NCBI RefSeq assembly: GCF_964213995.1
Contig: NC_135804.1
Span: forward strand, 116,312,001-116,376,000
Direction of reading: 5' to 3'
From: Mustelus asterias
Lineage: Eukaryota
DNA: 64,000 bases
A model generated the notes under the pieces. The model ran no database searches. It had not been told where the DNA came from and saw only the letters and a program-made list of their open reading frames with translations. The translations under genes and the position numbers were made by a program. Positions 50,958 through 62,888 of the stretch are shown here, in pieces (position 1 is the first letter of the stretch; each line of letters starts with the position of its first letter).

Positions 50958-52351
50958 GCTTTTGCTACCAAATAAACCTGTTGGACTTTAACCTGGTGTT
51001 GTGAGACTTCTTACTGTGTTCCTCATACAGTCCAAAGGTGTGCGGGGTTAGATGGTTTGGACATGCTAAATTGCCCTTTAGTGTCCCAAGATGTGTAGGT
51101 TAGATGGGATTAGCCATGGTAAATGTGTCGGATTACAGGGATGGGGTGGAGGAGAGGGTTTGGGTAAGATATTCTGTCAGAGAGTCGGTGCAGACTGGAT
51201 GGGCCAAATGGCCTCTTCTGCACAGTCACGATTCTATGATTCTAAAGTTGCAAAAGTCAGGATTAGGGTTGGTGCTGATGGCACCCATGGGTAAATAGTC
51301 TGTTGACAGATCGAGAAACAATGCCTGGGTGAAGTACTGAAGGACCCTCTGGCATTTGTGAAATTGTGCCCCAGGAAGAGTTAGTGCCTGCAGGAAAGGA
51401 ATGGAGAGAGATGGACGAATCTTTAAACACACACATACACACACATGCTATTGTTCTGCCCCTGTGGCCCAATAAATAAAAGCACTGAAAAATTGGCTGC
51501 ACTTCAGCACTAAATAAATTAATGGGAGAGAAGTGTTTAGTCCGCTTTAGACACTGGTGGATTGTGAAACAGCTAATGAATAGGAGACCAATTTATTCAT
51601 TGTGCTTAAAGGAATTCAGCAGCAGTAAATGTATTATTGCAATAAATCCCTGAAAACTGAAGATTTAATGCAATAATGAAATCTTTAACCATGTGTTGAA
51701 ATTTATGGAGATCAAAGAGCTTGTCAGGAGAGATTGCTGGGTTGCCAACGAACAAGTCAGGTTGTTTGTTCTATTGGCTTATTAACTAGTTCACTGAGAA
51801 AATGCAATTTGATACGTTTTTGGGGAATCTGGGATAATTCTAAGGTTGGAGGTTGGAATGCCTTGTATTCTTTTAAGAAAAATCCTTGGACATGTGCTAT
51901 TTCTGCAGCATCTTCAACAGCAGCCTTCCCTAAATCCTGACTGCTGCATGTTTTAAAGCAGGTTTAAGAGTGTTCGGACTGTGCAGCCGACAAACAGTCC
52001 CACCCCTCCCACCCCCTCTTCAAAATGACATGTGTTCCTAGGATTTCCAGGTGAAACATCAAGAAACATGTTAGATTTGCTACTCTTAATTTTTTTTATT
52101 CCAAAATTCAAATTGAATCCAATTCATGGTCCCCACGAGAGGAGAAAACCAGATCCAGGCTGACGAGATAAGCATTGCACCCGATCTTAGGCTTGATCTG
52201 ACGTTTCATCTTTGCCAAAAGGCCAAGAAGGCTTTGAAAGATTGCATCAGGCGATGTCTCGGTTGAACCTCATCGGCTACCCTGATCTTTGACTCTACCC
52301 TACCCTGGGAGATCAATCTGCCTGATCATTGACTCTCCCCTGCCAGGTAAT

Positions 52352-52661
52352 AGGCGGCACGGTGGGTGTCACAATGGTTGGCACTGCTGCCTCACAGCGC
52401 CAGGGATGTGGGTTTGATTCCTGGCTTGGGTCACTGTCTGTGTGGAGTTCTCCATGCGTCTGCGTGAGTTTCCTTCGGGTGCCACGGGAGGGCTTCCTCC
52501 CACAGTCCGAAAGATGTGCTCGTTAGGTGCATTGGCCATGCTAAATTCTCCCTCAGTGTACTCAAACAGGCGCCGGAGTGTGGCGACAAGGGGACTTTCA
52601 CAGTAACTTCACTGCAGTGTTAATGTAAGCCTTACTTGTGACACTAATAAATAAACTTAAA
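52352..52661 (+). mobile_element. V-SINE, tail B
   Basis: Same family as 108-385. Confidence 0.85.
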
Positions 52662-53899
52662 GTATAGGTTTGCTACCCTCCCCCAGGGGAAGAATAGGAA
52701 ATTGGTGGTCAGAACCTGAAAAATGCCTAAAATATGAGAAGTGCCAGTGCAATCACTAAACACAATTGTGTCAGTAAATATACGCGTGATGTTGCAGTTA
52801 ACTAAATTGACACATTCTGCTCTATTTCTATGGTTTATATATGAACTTGAAATTTTAAATGGCTTTGGAAAGATATCAGGTTGATTGACATTTTTTTTTG
52901 ATAGATTGAATTTCTGATTTGATTGGCCTGCATCAGACTGAAAGGTCTTCTGATGGTGTAATGCTTTGCAACAAAATTACTTAAGGATCCCGAATGGTGT
53001 TTTTATTATTGATTTTGAAGTACTGCATATCCATTACGTCGACAGAATAAATGTCACTTCAGCACTGCTCAGAGTCTGCATAAGTATTGAGTGCAAAACA
53101 ACAAACTAGACCATCTATTAATCTACACTGTAGACCAAAATCTGTGTGTGCAATCTATATTTAATATATACATAATCCATGACAACTTTGAATTTTTCAT
53201 CTTTTATTTATGTTTGTGGTCTAACAGAAATGTACACCGAGGTACAGAATGAGAAACCAAACCAATCATTCATAAGATAATTAGTTGTTTTTTATTTAAG
53301 TGAATATATAATGTAAATAAGCAATTACATATTTCAGTAACTTTTGAATTAATATAAAATGTAAGGAGCTATTATATAGAAATATAGAAGGTAGGAGCAG
53401 GAGGAGGCCATTTGGCCCTTCGAGCCTGCTCCGCCATTCATCACGATCATGGCTGGTCGTCTAACTCAATAGCCTAATCCTGCTTTCTTCCCATAATCTT
53501 TGGTCCCATTCGCCCCAAGTGTTATATCCAGCCACCTCTTGAATACATTCAATGTTTTGGCACCAACTATTTCCTGTGGTTTAGAAACATATGCTTACAT
53601 AGGAGTGATGATATCGTGGTCCTACGACCAACAATCTGCTTCCATTTCCCGGTGTACGGCACCATAGCAGATGTGATGGGTCTGCACCTGTAACATCAGT
53701 CATCTGCAACTGTTAGAAACTGTACGGCACTTCCCTAAGGATGACAATAAGGAGCATATTTAAAATTTGTTTGGTGACATGGGTGACATTCCTAGTTGCC
53801 TTTGCGAATATGGATGTTTGCTTTCTTACTGAACCATTGCAATCCATGAGGTGAAAGTACCCCTGCCGCATCCCCTCACCCCAATCCCCCACCAATCCC

Positions 53900-54360
53900 C
53901 CCACAAAGCTGTTAGGTAGGAAGTTCCAGGATTATGAACCAGCGACGATGAACAGAAAAACAATATATGTCAAAGTGAGGATGATGTGTGACTTGGAGGG
54001 AACTTGAAGGTAATGATGTAGCCATGCAATGGTTGCCCCTATTCTTAAGATAGTGGAGATCTCAGTTTTGGGAAGTGCTGCCAAAGTGCATCTTGTGGCT
54101 ATTGTACAATGCAGCTATGGACCATCCGAAGTAGAGAGAGTGGATTTTAAGGCAACGAATGGGCTGCTGAGGAAATGGACTGCTTTATCCTGAATTGTGT
54201 TGTTATTGGTGCTACACCTTTCAGGCAAGTGGAGAGTATGCCATCACACTTGAGTTATTGACTTGTCTTGTAGGTGGCAGAAAGGCTTTGGGAGTCAGCA
54301 GGTGAATCACTTGCATCCGAATACATAGCCCCTGACTTGCACTTGTAGCCACAGCATTTG
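53900..54360 (-). mobile_element. Degenerate CR1/L2-group LINE RT C-terminal fragment
   Basis: VATSASQGLCIRMQVIHLLTP.../QSLSATYK.../SVMAYSPLA spread across frames. Confidence 0.55.
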
Positions 54361-54785
54361 GCCTGGATTTTTGCCTCTGGGACGGGAGCACAAAGTTGGA
54401 ACATTTCTTGGCTCTGTAAACATGGGAGAAAGAGACACAAGGGGTTGGGATCTTCGTTCTGGGGTGCGGCAAGATTAAAGGTTGTACCCGCCGTCACTGG
54501 AACGAGTGTGGAGGCTGCCAGATGTGGAGGCAGCTTGAACAGCACGCCTGCCTCTGCACACTAGCACTGTGTGAAAGAATGAAATAAATCCCTCCAGCCC
54601 TTTCAATCCTCACCCATCCTCATCCACTGCCTATATCTCCACCTCATAACAATCTATATCCCCCATGGAAACCTCTGTCCTTATACCCACTCCCCTCATG
54701 GCTCATCCATACATACCCCTTATGACAACCTATATCCCTCTACCCAAGCCCCATGGTTCCTCATGGCCCCTATGCCAACCCATGT

Positions 54786-55137
54786 CATAGAATCATAGAA
54801 TTCCTACAGTACAGAAGGAGGCCATTTGGCCCAATGACTATGCATTGACTCTCCGAAGAGCATCTTACTCCCCACCCTATCCTCATAACCCTGTCCATTG
54901 ACAATGGCTAATCCACCTAACCTACACATTCTTTGGACATCAAGGGGCAATTTAGCATGACCAATCCACCTAACCTGCACACCTTTGGACTGTGGGAGGG
55001 AAGCGGAGCAACCGGAGGCAACCCACGCAGATGCAGGGAGAACATGCAAAGTCCACACACACACCCAAGTCCAGAATTGAACCCGGTCCCTGATGCTGTG
55101 AGGCAGCAGTGCTAACCACGATGCCGCTATGCTGCCC
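54786..55137 (-). mobile_element. HE1 SINE, tail A
   Basis: (catagaat)n tail, core, tRNA head. Confidence 0.85.
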
Positions 55138-56229
55138 TTTCCTCAATCATTCATGATTCTTGATATCCCCTGTGCGAGCAGCATGGTAAAACCCAGACCA
55201 CCACCCACCCCCCCCCCCTCCATGCTTACTGACCTGGTATCCATTATGACCAAACCTCTGGAGCCATGCAGAAATGGAATAAAGTTATGTTTCTCTTGAT
55301 GAAGTCACTAAGAAAAACTCTGGTCAAAAATATAATGCATTGAAATTCCTTCAGCTGGGAGAACAAACATCTCTATCAGAATTTGAAGCTGACAATCAAA
55401 TTGTTTAATTAACAGGCACCCCACTGTGATAATGATAGCTTGGAAAATCAGTTTTTCAGCACAGATTCTTCATGTGTCAACAAGACAGAGTGAAATAGCA
55501 AGCAGATTTTTGCAACTCCACACAATTTTTAGAAAAGTTAGAGCCCAGCAGAATTAAATCCCTTGACAGCTATGACAGTTCCAATGAGCTTCAACAGTTC
55601 CAAAAGTCTTAACAGTGCTTTGACATCTCTACTGTTCTTTGACAGTTCCAATGAGTTCATGCACTTTTTAATGCAAATTCTTGTCTACTTTAAACAATCT
55701 CAAAAGGTACCTAATCTCTCTCAAATGGGTACCTTATTTCTCCCAAAGGGTATTATTCCTCTACCAAAGGGCACCTGACCTCTCCCAGAACCATTTCCAA
55801 AGAAGAGCCTCTCTGCTACAAAAATTCAGGCCTTTATATGGGACAAGGATGACCCCCAGAATGCTGATGTTTGGAAATTTGATTATTACAATGTCATTGA
55901 ATGTTATGAGTGTGTGATTAGACTCTTGTTGGCTGGAGCTGATTATTGCCTGGCACTTGTGTGGTGCATACATTACTAATCATTCATCAGCTCAATCCTG
56001 GGTATTTCCTAGTTCTTTATATAGGCAGGCATGGACTGTTTCATGATCTGAGGATCTGTGAATTGAGGTCAACACTGAACAATCATCAGAGCATATCCTG
56101 ATTTCTGACCTTATGATAGAGGGAATGTGGAAATGATTGAGCCTGGGGAACTACTCTCGTGAGGAACTCCTGCGGCGATCTCTTGGGAATAAAATGATTT
56201 GTGAGTTCTATATTTATGAAGGAATCAAA

Positions 56230-56647
56230 GGCCTGATGTTACGGCCGTTCACGCGGCAGCATTTTCCCATCCCACTGCAGTGAACGGAGATTTGGCTGGG
56301 CGTTAAATTCTCCAACTTCGCTGTAGCGGGAGCATGGTATGCATCGCCAGTAAGATCATGCCCAAAGATGTAAAGACATGCACATTTTATTTTTTAATTT
56401 ATATATTTTTAAGTTATTTTAGTTTGTAAGGAACTAGAATACATTAAACGTACATTTTAAACTTGCTATCCTCTTCTAAAGTACACACCTAGTTAATTAT
56501 AAATGTCCTCGGCCAGAATTCTCCAGCCTTTCACATCCCTCCGTCACTGCCAGCAGGTTGGAGAATTTGGCGCTCAGACAAATCTCCACTCACTGCAGTG
56601 GGACCAGAGAACCCTGCTTGTGTGAACAGCCAGAGAATCCTGCCCCT
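56230..56647. mobile_element. Two ~135-bp MITEs in opposite orientation (related copies at ~38026-38130 and ~60788-60913)
   Basis: Short TIRs of the ggccagaattctcc...gagaatcctgccc type and a shared aaatctcc.ttcactgcagtggga core. Confidence 0.55.
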
Positions 56648-59026
56648 CAAATCCGATATTGTTGACAGAGAAGGGGATCACTTAAAATGTTAACATATGG
56701 TTATGCTGCCTTTAAAATGCACAAGTGGAAAATAAATTCCTGTTTCTAACCAATAAAATTAAGATAGTGTTCAACAAGATCTAATAACCACTGAGTTTCA
56801 GCAGCAGATCTGATAAGCTCATCCAGACAATTTAACTAACCAGCCATGTTGACACAATATTCCTTTGGGTGGGCAAGATCTACTGAACTTTCCTCAAACA
56901 TGATTTGGAATCCAACAGCACTCACTATAAAACCTGTATGAAAATGTTAGAACAGAGGACGACCAAGTGCAAGGGCATGGAAGGAGTTCTCAGGGGAGAG
57001 GCGAGGAGAAAGGTAATCATTTGGTGGATTATCTAGAATGCTCCAAAACGTGATGCTAAAATTGCTGAAGTTTCAGGGTGGAGTGGGGTTAGAGGGGGGA
57101 ATATACTAATAGGGGGAGCAATGTAATTGTCCAAATGCAAGTGTATGAAGAGGCTCGAAAGAAATATTCATATGCGTGGAATCTTGCTAAAATAGAGTGG
57201 AGAAGAAAATCGGGTGGTCTGTAAAACAAGCTACAAATTTACTATAATTGATTTTGCACAGCTGCCCCAAGTCTAGTTTTACACTTCAGACAGAATTTTC
57301 TGGTCCTTCCCGTTGGCGTCCAACAGCCACCTCCCCCCCCCCCCCCCCCCCCCATTGCTGGGTTCCTGGTGGTGTGTTGGGTGAGCCATGCAAAACACCA
57401 GTAGATATTAATGGGACTGGATGTTTCCACCGGCGACCAATGGCGAGTTGCCTCTGCTGCTGGAAAAGATGCTGTGGGGGGAGGAGGATGTGGTCGCAGA
57501 AACTCCTGCCACCTGTATACCTTTAAAATGTCTCACTGCAACTAAATACTTCTGTGAGGATGTGGAAAACTCTTTTGTTGTAAGAAGAGATCTAGGTCTC
57601 TCACTGAAGCATTTCCTTGATGGACCTATATGGTAATGCAGCAAGTGGCTTTGTGTTCTTTGATAATTTCTTTGCCCTCTTGCCCATTTGCTGTCTTTCT
57701 CCCCTGGAACCTAGCTAAGTTGCTAGTTCCTTGGTGTTTAAGGTGTCTTGCCAAAGTGGCTGTTATTCATCTGTGATCAGTATTTATCAGATTCTGTGTC
57801 TGTGTTGGATCAGAGAACCAACTCTGATCCTGCCTTGCCCAAATATCAATTCCGAATTCACTTCCTGCAAAAAACACGTGGATAACATTGTGTTTCAGGA
57901 TCTCTGAACAATTTATACGTCCCTTCCCCAGGGCTCTTGAGGTCAATTTTAGAGCCCCTGCAGCTGCCCAGTTGAATTTGGAGAACTCCATACATCCTGG
58001 GGATCCAAAGGAGAAGTCCCCCTGGGTGTAAACAGTACAATTCCTTCTTGGATAAGCTGACTGAACCATTGGGGGAGCTCTTAATTGCTTTCTAAAGAGA
58101 TTACAATGAATAAGTACTGTAGGTCATCTGGAAGCTGCTCATAATTTAGTCTGTGCGCCAGACTTAAGAGAATCTTCTAGGTTTGTGTTTTATGGAGCAG
58201 ATGGCACAATGTTGGCAAGTAGACTAAAGTGAGATAATGTGAAAAGAACAGCCGATTATAATCAATGCCATTTATTTTGCTTCTTGGCGTCCTAAGTGCT
58301 ACTGCAGGATTAAGAGATTTTGATGGATATTCATGAAGGACATGGAAATGCCTTTTTGCTTCCTCCCACTCCAGCACGATTTGCCGACGGACTGTACAAA
58401 AAAAAGTCAACAACTGGAATTGAAACCAGTTGCAAATTGAAACAATTTGCAGTTTAAAAAAAAAATCATTTCAGCCAGTGAAAATATTTTGCAATAAATC
58501 TAGATTTAAGATACTGTTTATAAAGGTCAGACACTGGCGGTTTAAATGGCATGGATCTCAAAAGTTCTGTCCTACTGCAGATCTTACTGGTCCTGGAGCA
58601 TTGCCAGATCTCTCCGGATGTTCGTAGATTTGCCTGCAGACTATTTAAATATGCTGAAATACTCTTGCCGTGCCTGTCTGTTATCTTCTGGGCAGCAGCT
58701 ATGCTCGAGTGAGTGTCAAAAGAATTGTCAGTTTTGTGCACCCCTTTTCCTTACTGACCTACTGTGGCTGTTATATGTGCACAGAATGCAGACAATTGTA
58801 AAAATCTTAAAGCCTTTGAGCATCATCCAGATCTAAATTTCAGCAAAGAGTTTGAGAATTTGGAATGACAAAGCAAATAGAACAAGATGAAAAGAGGGAT
58901 TCTGAAGTGAGAAGTACATTCTTTGGTGCTTACAGTGTTTAATTAGCCCTTAAAATATTTTGAATTGCCTTTTTTAATTGCCTATGTATTGTGATAAAAC
59001 CGTTCCTGATATTTAAGGAGATTAAT

Positions 59027-59643
59027 TAGAATCATAGAATGAATCCCTATAGTGTAGAAGGAGGCCATTTGGCCCATCGAATCTGCACCAACAATAATCC
59101 CACCTAGCCCCTATCTCCGTAACCCCATGTATTTACCCTGTTAATCCCCTGACACTAAGGAACAATTTAGCATGGCCAATCCACCTAACCTACACATCTT
59201 TGGACTGAGAGGAAATAACTCGGGGTCAAAGCCACAATTCCACATCAATTACTCGGGGGCATAGGTTGAAAGTGAGAGGGGGAAAGTTTAAAAGAGATGT
59301 AAGGGGCAAGCCTTTCACACAGCATGGTGGTGAATGCCGGAATGCGCTGCCGGAGGAGGCGATGGAAGCAGATTCTGTAACAACATTCAAGAGGCATGTG
59401 GATAGGTACATGAATAGGCAGGGAATAGAGGGATATGGACCATGTAGAGGCAAAAAAAAATTATATCTAGAGAGGTTTGGTGGGCCAAAGGGTCCGTTCC
59501 TGTTCTTTGTTCTTAAACCAGAGCACCCAGACCCAGGGAGAATGTGCAAATTCCACACAGGCTCCTGAAGCTGAATTGAACCCAGGGCCCTGGCCCTGGG
59601 TGACGGAGGCAGCAGTGCTAACCACTGTGCCACCGTGCAGCCC
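59027..59643 (-). mobile_element. HE1 SINE (tail A) interrupted by a plus-strand CR1 3' end (~59250-59512)
   Basis: KVRGGKFKRDVRGK... peptide inside the SINE. Confidence 0.8.
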
Positions 59644-59878
59644 AAACCTGTTATAAAATTGGGACTTGTTGCACCATCATAGCACTTGTCTTAAAAAATT
59701 TTATTAAAAAAGGTCAGGTCAGGAAGCATGGAATTTTCTGGACCACAGAGGTAAGATTTTCCAAACTCATTTCATGCCAAACCCACCAGAGGAATATTAA
59801 TCTTTCATCCTGCCCAACTGGGCTAGATTTTAAGCCAGGTTTGAGAGCTAATGGACTGTGTGGGAAACCATTGCAGAT

Positions 59879-60228
59879 ATCATAGAAATCATAGAAATCA
59901 TAGAAACCCCACAGTGCAGAAGGAGGCCATTCGGCCCATCGAGTCTGCACCGACCACAATCCCACCCAGGCCCCACCCCCACACATTTACCCGCTAATCC
60001 CTCTAACCTACACATCTCAGGACTCTAAGGGGCAATTTTTAACCTGGCCAATCAACCTAACCCACACATCTTTGGACTGTGGGAGGAAACCGGAGCACCC
60101 GGAGGAAACCCACGCAGACACGAGGAGAATGTGCAAACTCCACACAGACAGTGACCCAAGCCGGGAATCGAACCCAGGTCCCTGGAGCTGTGAAGCAGCA
60201 GTGCTAACCACTGTGCTACCGTGCCGCC
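59879..60228 (-). mobile_element. Young HE1 SINE, tail A
   Basis: CpG-rich, near-consensus copy with (catagaaat)3 tail. Confidence 0.9.
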
Positions 60229-62060
60229 CAGATACCGTGCCGCCCAGATAAACTGTCTTAAAAAGAGCACATATCATAGGAATAGGTAGCTTTCCTTTTG
60301 GTAACCTTCACTGAAATGTGAGGATAGCCTCATCAACATTAGTGGATAATTTCCACATCTACCATGGAAAATTGTTGGTATTAGAAGCAGAAGTGTCTTT
60401 GTATTCTCTGCAGGCATCTTAAAATGTGCAATAATGGAGTCAATCCCCATTATCAAAATCCTCTTATCAGTTTTTCCAAATACGTATGAGAATTTGCAAG
60501 TTGGGGAACCAATGCAGATCTGCTTCATTTATCTTGTCATGAAATGGTGTGCAGTGTCAGATGTTTAACTGACTTTGTGAAGGAGACATGCACAGGGCCT
60601 CAGGCATTCAATCACCTAAATTAGGAGAACATTTAATCATTATTATAATCTTAGTAAAAAGTTAGACAACCAAAGTTTTACATTTGTTCAAAGAACCTTC
60701 AAAGACCAAAACAAATTATGAGAGTTGCAATGGAGTTCGTCACCTTCACTACTTTGAATATTTCTTGAATTAGTGGATAACTCTCTGACTTGGATTCCCC
60801 TGATCTTGTTTGCCCTGCCAGCGAGAACAGAGAATTTTCTGCTCAGCAAAAGTCCATTCACTGCACCAGGGCCGAAGAATCCCAGCCAAGGGCGAGATTG
60901 GAGAATTTCGGCCTCTATCTTTAAATATTCCAATTTCATTCAATATTTCATTGTGGTCTTAACTCCATTTTTTTGTTTGTAACCCTTGATGCCCTTGTTA
61001 ACCAAAAATCTGTCTAACTCAGCCTTGAATATATAAGCCCCTCCCAACCACCACCAATGGGGAGGGGAGGGGGGGATCGGTGGTGGTGATTGGGGGGGGG
61101 GGGGTCACCTTCAGTGGGACTGGAAGATTCCATCAGTGGGAAGGGCTGGAAAATCTTGCTCTACGAATCTATTTCAATTCTCTTGCTAATTTCTTTTTGG
61201 TGTAAATTTTGCCAAAGTGATGGTCACTTTCGTTCTCAAACTCAGAAGAATTTGTATTGCCATTCTATTCTTTAAATGACGACTGTCCCGTTTGTGATGG
61301 TTCTTAGTCACAAGCCAACCAGCTTTCAAATTAGAATTTTGTTCTGCTTTGATTGGAACTGACTGAGCAAAGTGAACACAAAGGGCAGCGCAAAACTTTC
61401 TAATTGCTGAGATAATCAATGGTACAAGTGAAAACGAGTCTGGGTATCAGGTGGGATGTGAAGTACAACAGCAAACTCAGCCTTTATAGAATTTAGATCA
61501 ACCTAATTAAATCCAGTTTTTAGCCTCACCTGACTGAGCAGGTTTGGGACTTCAGGGACTATCTTTTCAGGAGCAATACCATACTCAATATTACTGCTTA
61601 CGAAAGGCAGAATCTCAGACTATTATAAGCTGCCATGTATGTTTTCGGCATAGCTCCTTGAAGTAGCAATCTTAAGTTTTGTTTTAAATGTACAATAGTT
61701 GGAATCGTTAGAATTCTGTTTTCACACTTAGGACATTTTGATTCATTCAGGTTGAATACTCATTGATATATGACTAGATTCTTAGACACAATTATAATGG
61801 GCTGTTAGTCGGCCTGAATTCTACTCTGGGTGACGGAAGCCTGCTGTCAAAGCAAAAAGTAGGTCTGACGTCCGCACTAGCCGACGCCTGATTTTACAAT
61901 AGACGGCCTCCCAACCAGAGGGCTGGCAGCTCTCAAGCCTCAGCAATCCCACAGCCTATTCTTACTCTTCCACTGAAGGTGTAGAATACTCTGGCAGGGA
62001 CGTAGCCATACATTACAAGGGACCAAGTGGGAGTGCGTGCGGTTAGAATCAAAGAGAAAC

Positions 62061-62378
62061 ACAGAATCCCTACATTGCAGAGGGAGGCCATTCGGCCCAT
62101 TGGCCTGCACTGACAACAATCCCACCCAGCCCCATCCCCTCTTGCCCATGTATTTAGCCTGCTAATCCCCCTGACTCTGAGGGACAATTTAGCATGGCCA
62201 ATCAACCTAACCCACACACCTTTTGGAATGTGGGAGGGAACTGGAGCACCTAGAGGAAACCCACTCTGACACGGGGAGAACATGCAAACTCTGCACAGTC
62301 ACCTAAACCGGGAATTGAACCTGGGTCCCTGGCGCAGGTGAGGCAGCAGTGCTAACCGCTGTGCCACCATGCTGTCCC
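62061..62378 (-). mobile_element. HE1 SINE, tail A
   Basis: Same family as 59879-60228. Confidence 0.85.
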
Positions 62379-62711
62379 ACCATGTCTGCTCGGACACAGC
62401 ACTGGCAGACCCAATGGAGGAAGTTTAGAGAGGAGGCATACTTTGTAATTGCAGTGGGGGAGGAATAAGACAACCTCACCCTCCAGTCTCTCTCTCCCCT
62501 GCTGTTGTGCCTAGTCTCCTCTTCTTGAGTTCACTTCCCTGATACCATTATATTTGTACTACAGATAGGGCCAGGAGGCAGGTGTCGAGATACTGCAGCT
62601 GGAACAGGGATCAGTCCCCATTTTGTTGGTGTTAATCTGATCCACATGCCAGTTGTCGAGCCAAATGAGCTAACTGCACCCCCTTCTTAGCCTTATTCTC
62701 CTCCCCCACTG

Positions 62712-62888
62712 CTCTGTATCTGTGTGGATTTGCTCCGGTTTCCTCCCACATTCTGAAAGACGTGCTGGTTAGGGTGCATTGATCTGCACAGGTGCTGAAC
62801 TGTGGCGAGTAGGGAAATTTCACAGTAACTTCATTGCAGTGTTAATGTAAGCCTTACTTATGACTAATAAATAAACTTTTTAACTTTA
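62712..62888 (+). mobile_element. 5'-truncated V-SINE, tail B
   Basis: Core and tail B only. Confidence 0.8.

Larger units (their letters stand above)
50756..51020. mobile_element. Miniature Penelope-like fold-back element inserted in a SINE
   Basis: 110-bp inverted arms (50786-50895 / 50911-51020, 1 mismatch), ~30-nt unpaired left tail, same termini as the GIY-YIG-bearing element at 43.5 kb; ttcctca duplicated on both sides. Confidence 0.8.
50606..51244 (+). mobile_element. HE1 SINE, tail A, split by the Penelope fold-back
   Basis: Core stops at ggtttcctcaca (50755) and resumes ttcctcatacagtccaaagg (51019). Confidence 0.85.

Noticed and set aside
60160-60228. tRNA-like A/B boxes
   Set aside because: SINE heads followed by the V core and tail; no complete cloverleaf.
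61037-61110. G-rich run / imperfect hairpin (G-quadruplex candidate); similar poly-G/C runs at ~8390 and ~57335
   Set aside because: Low-complexity runs within decayed MITE-like repeats; nothing supports function.
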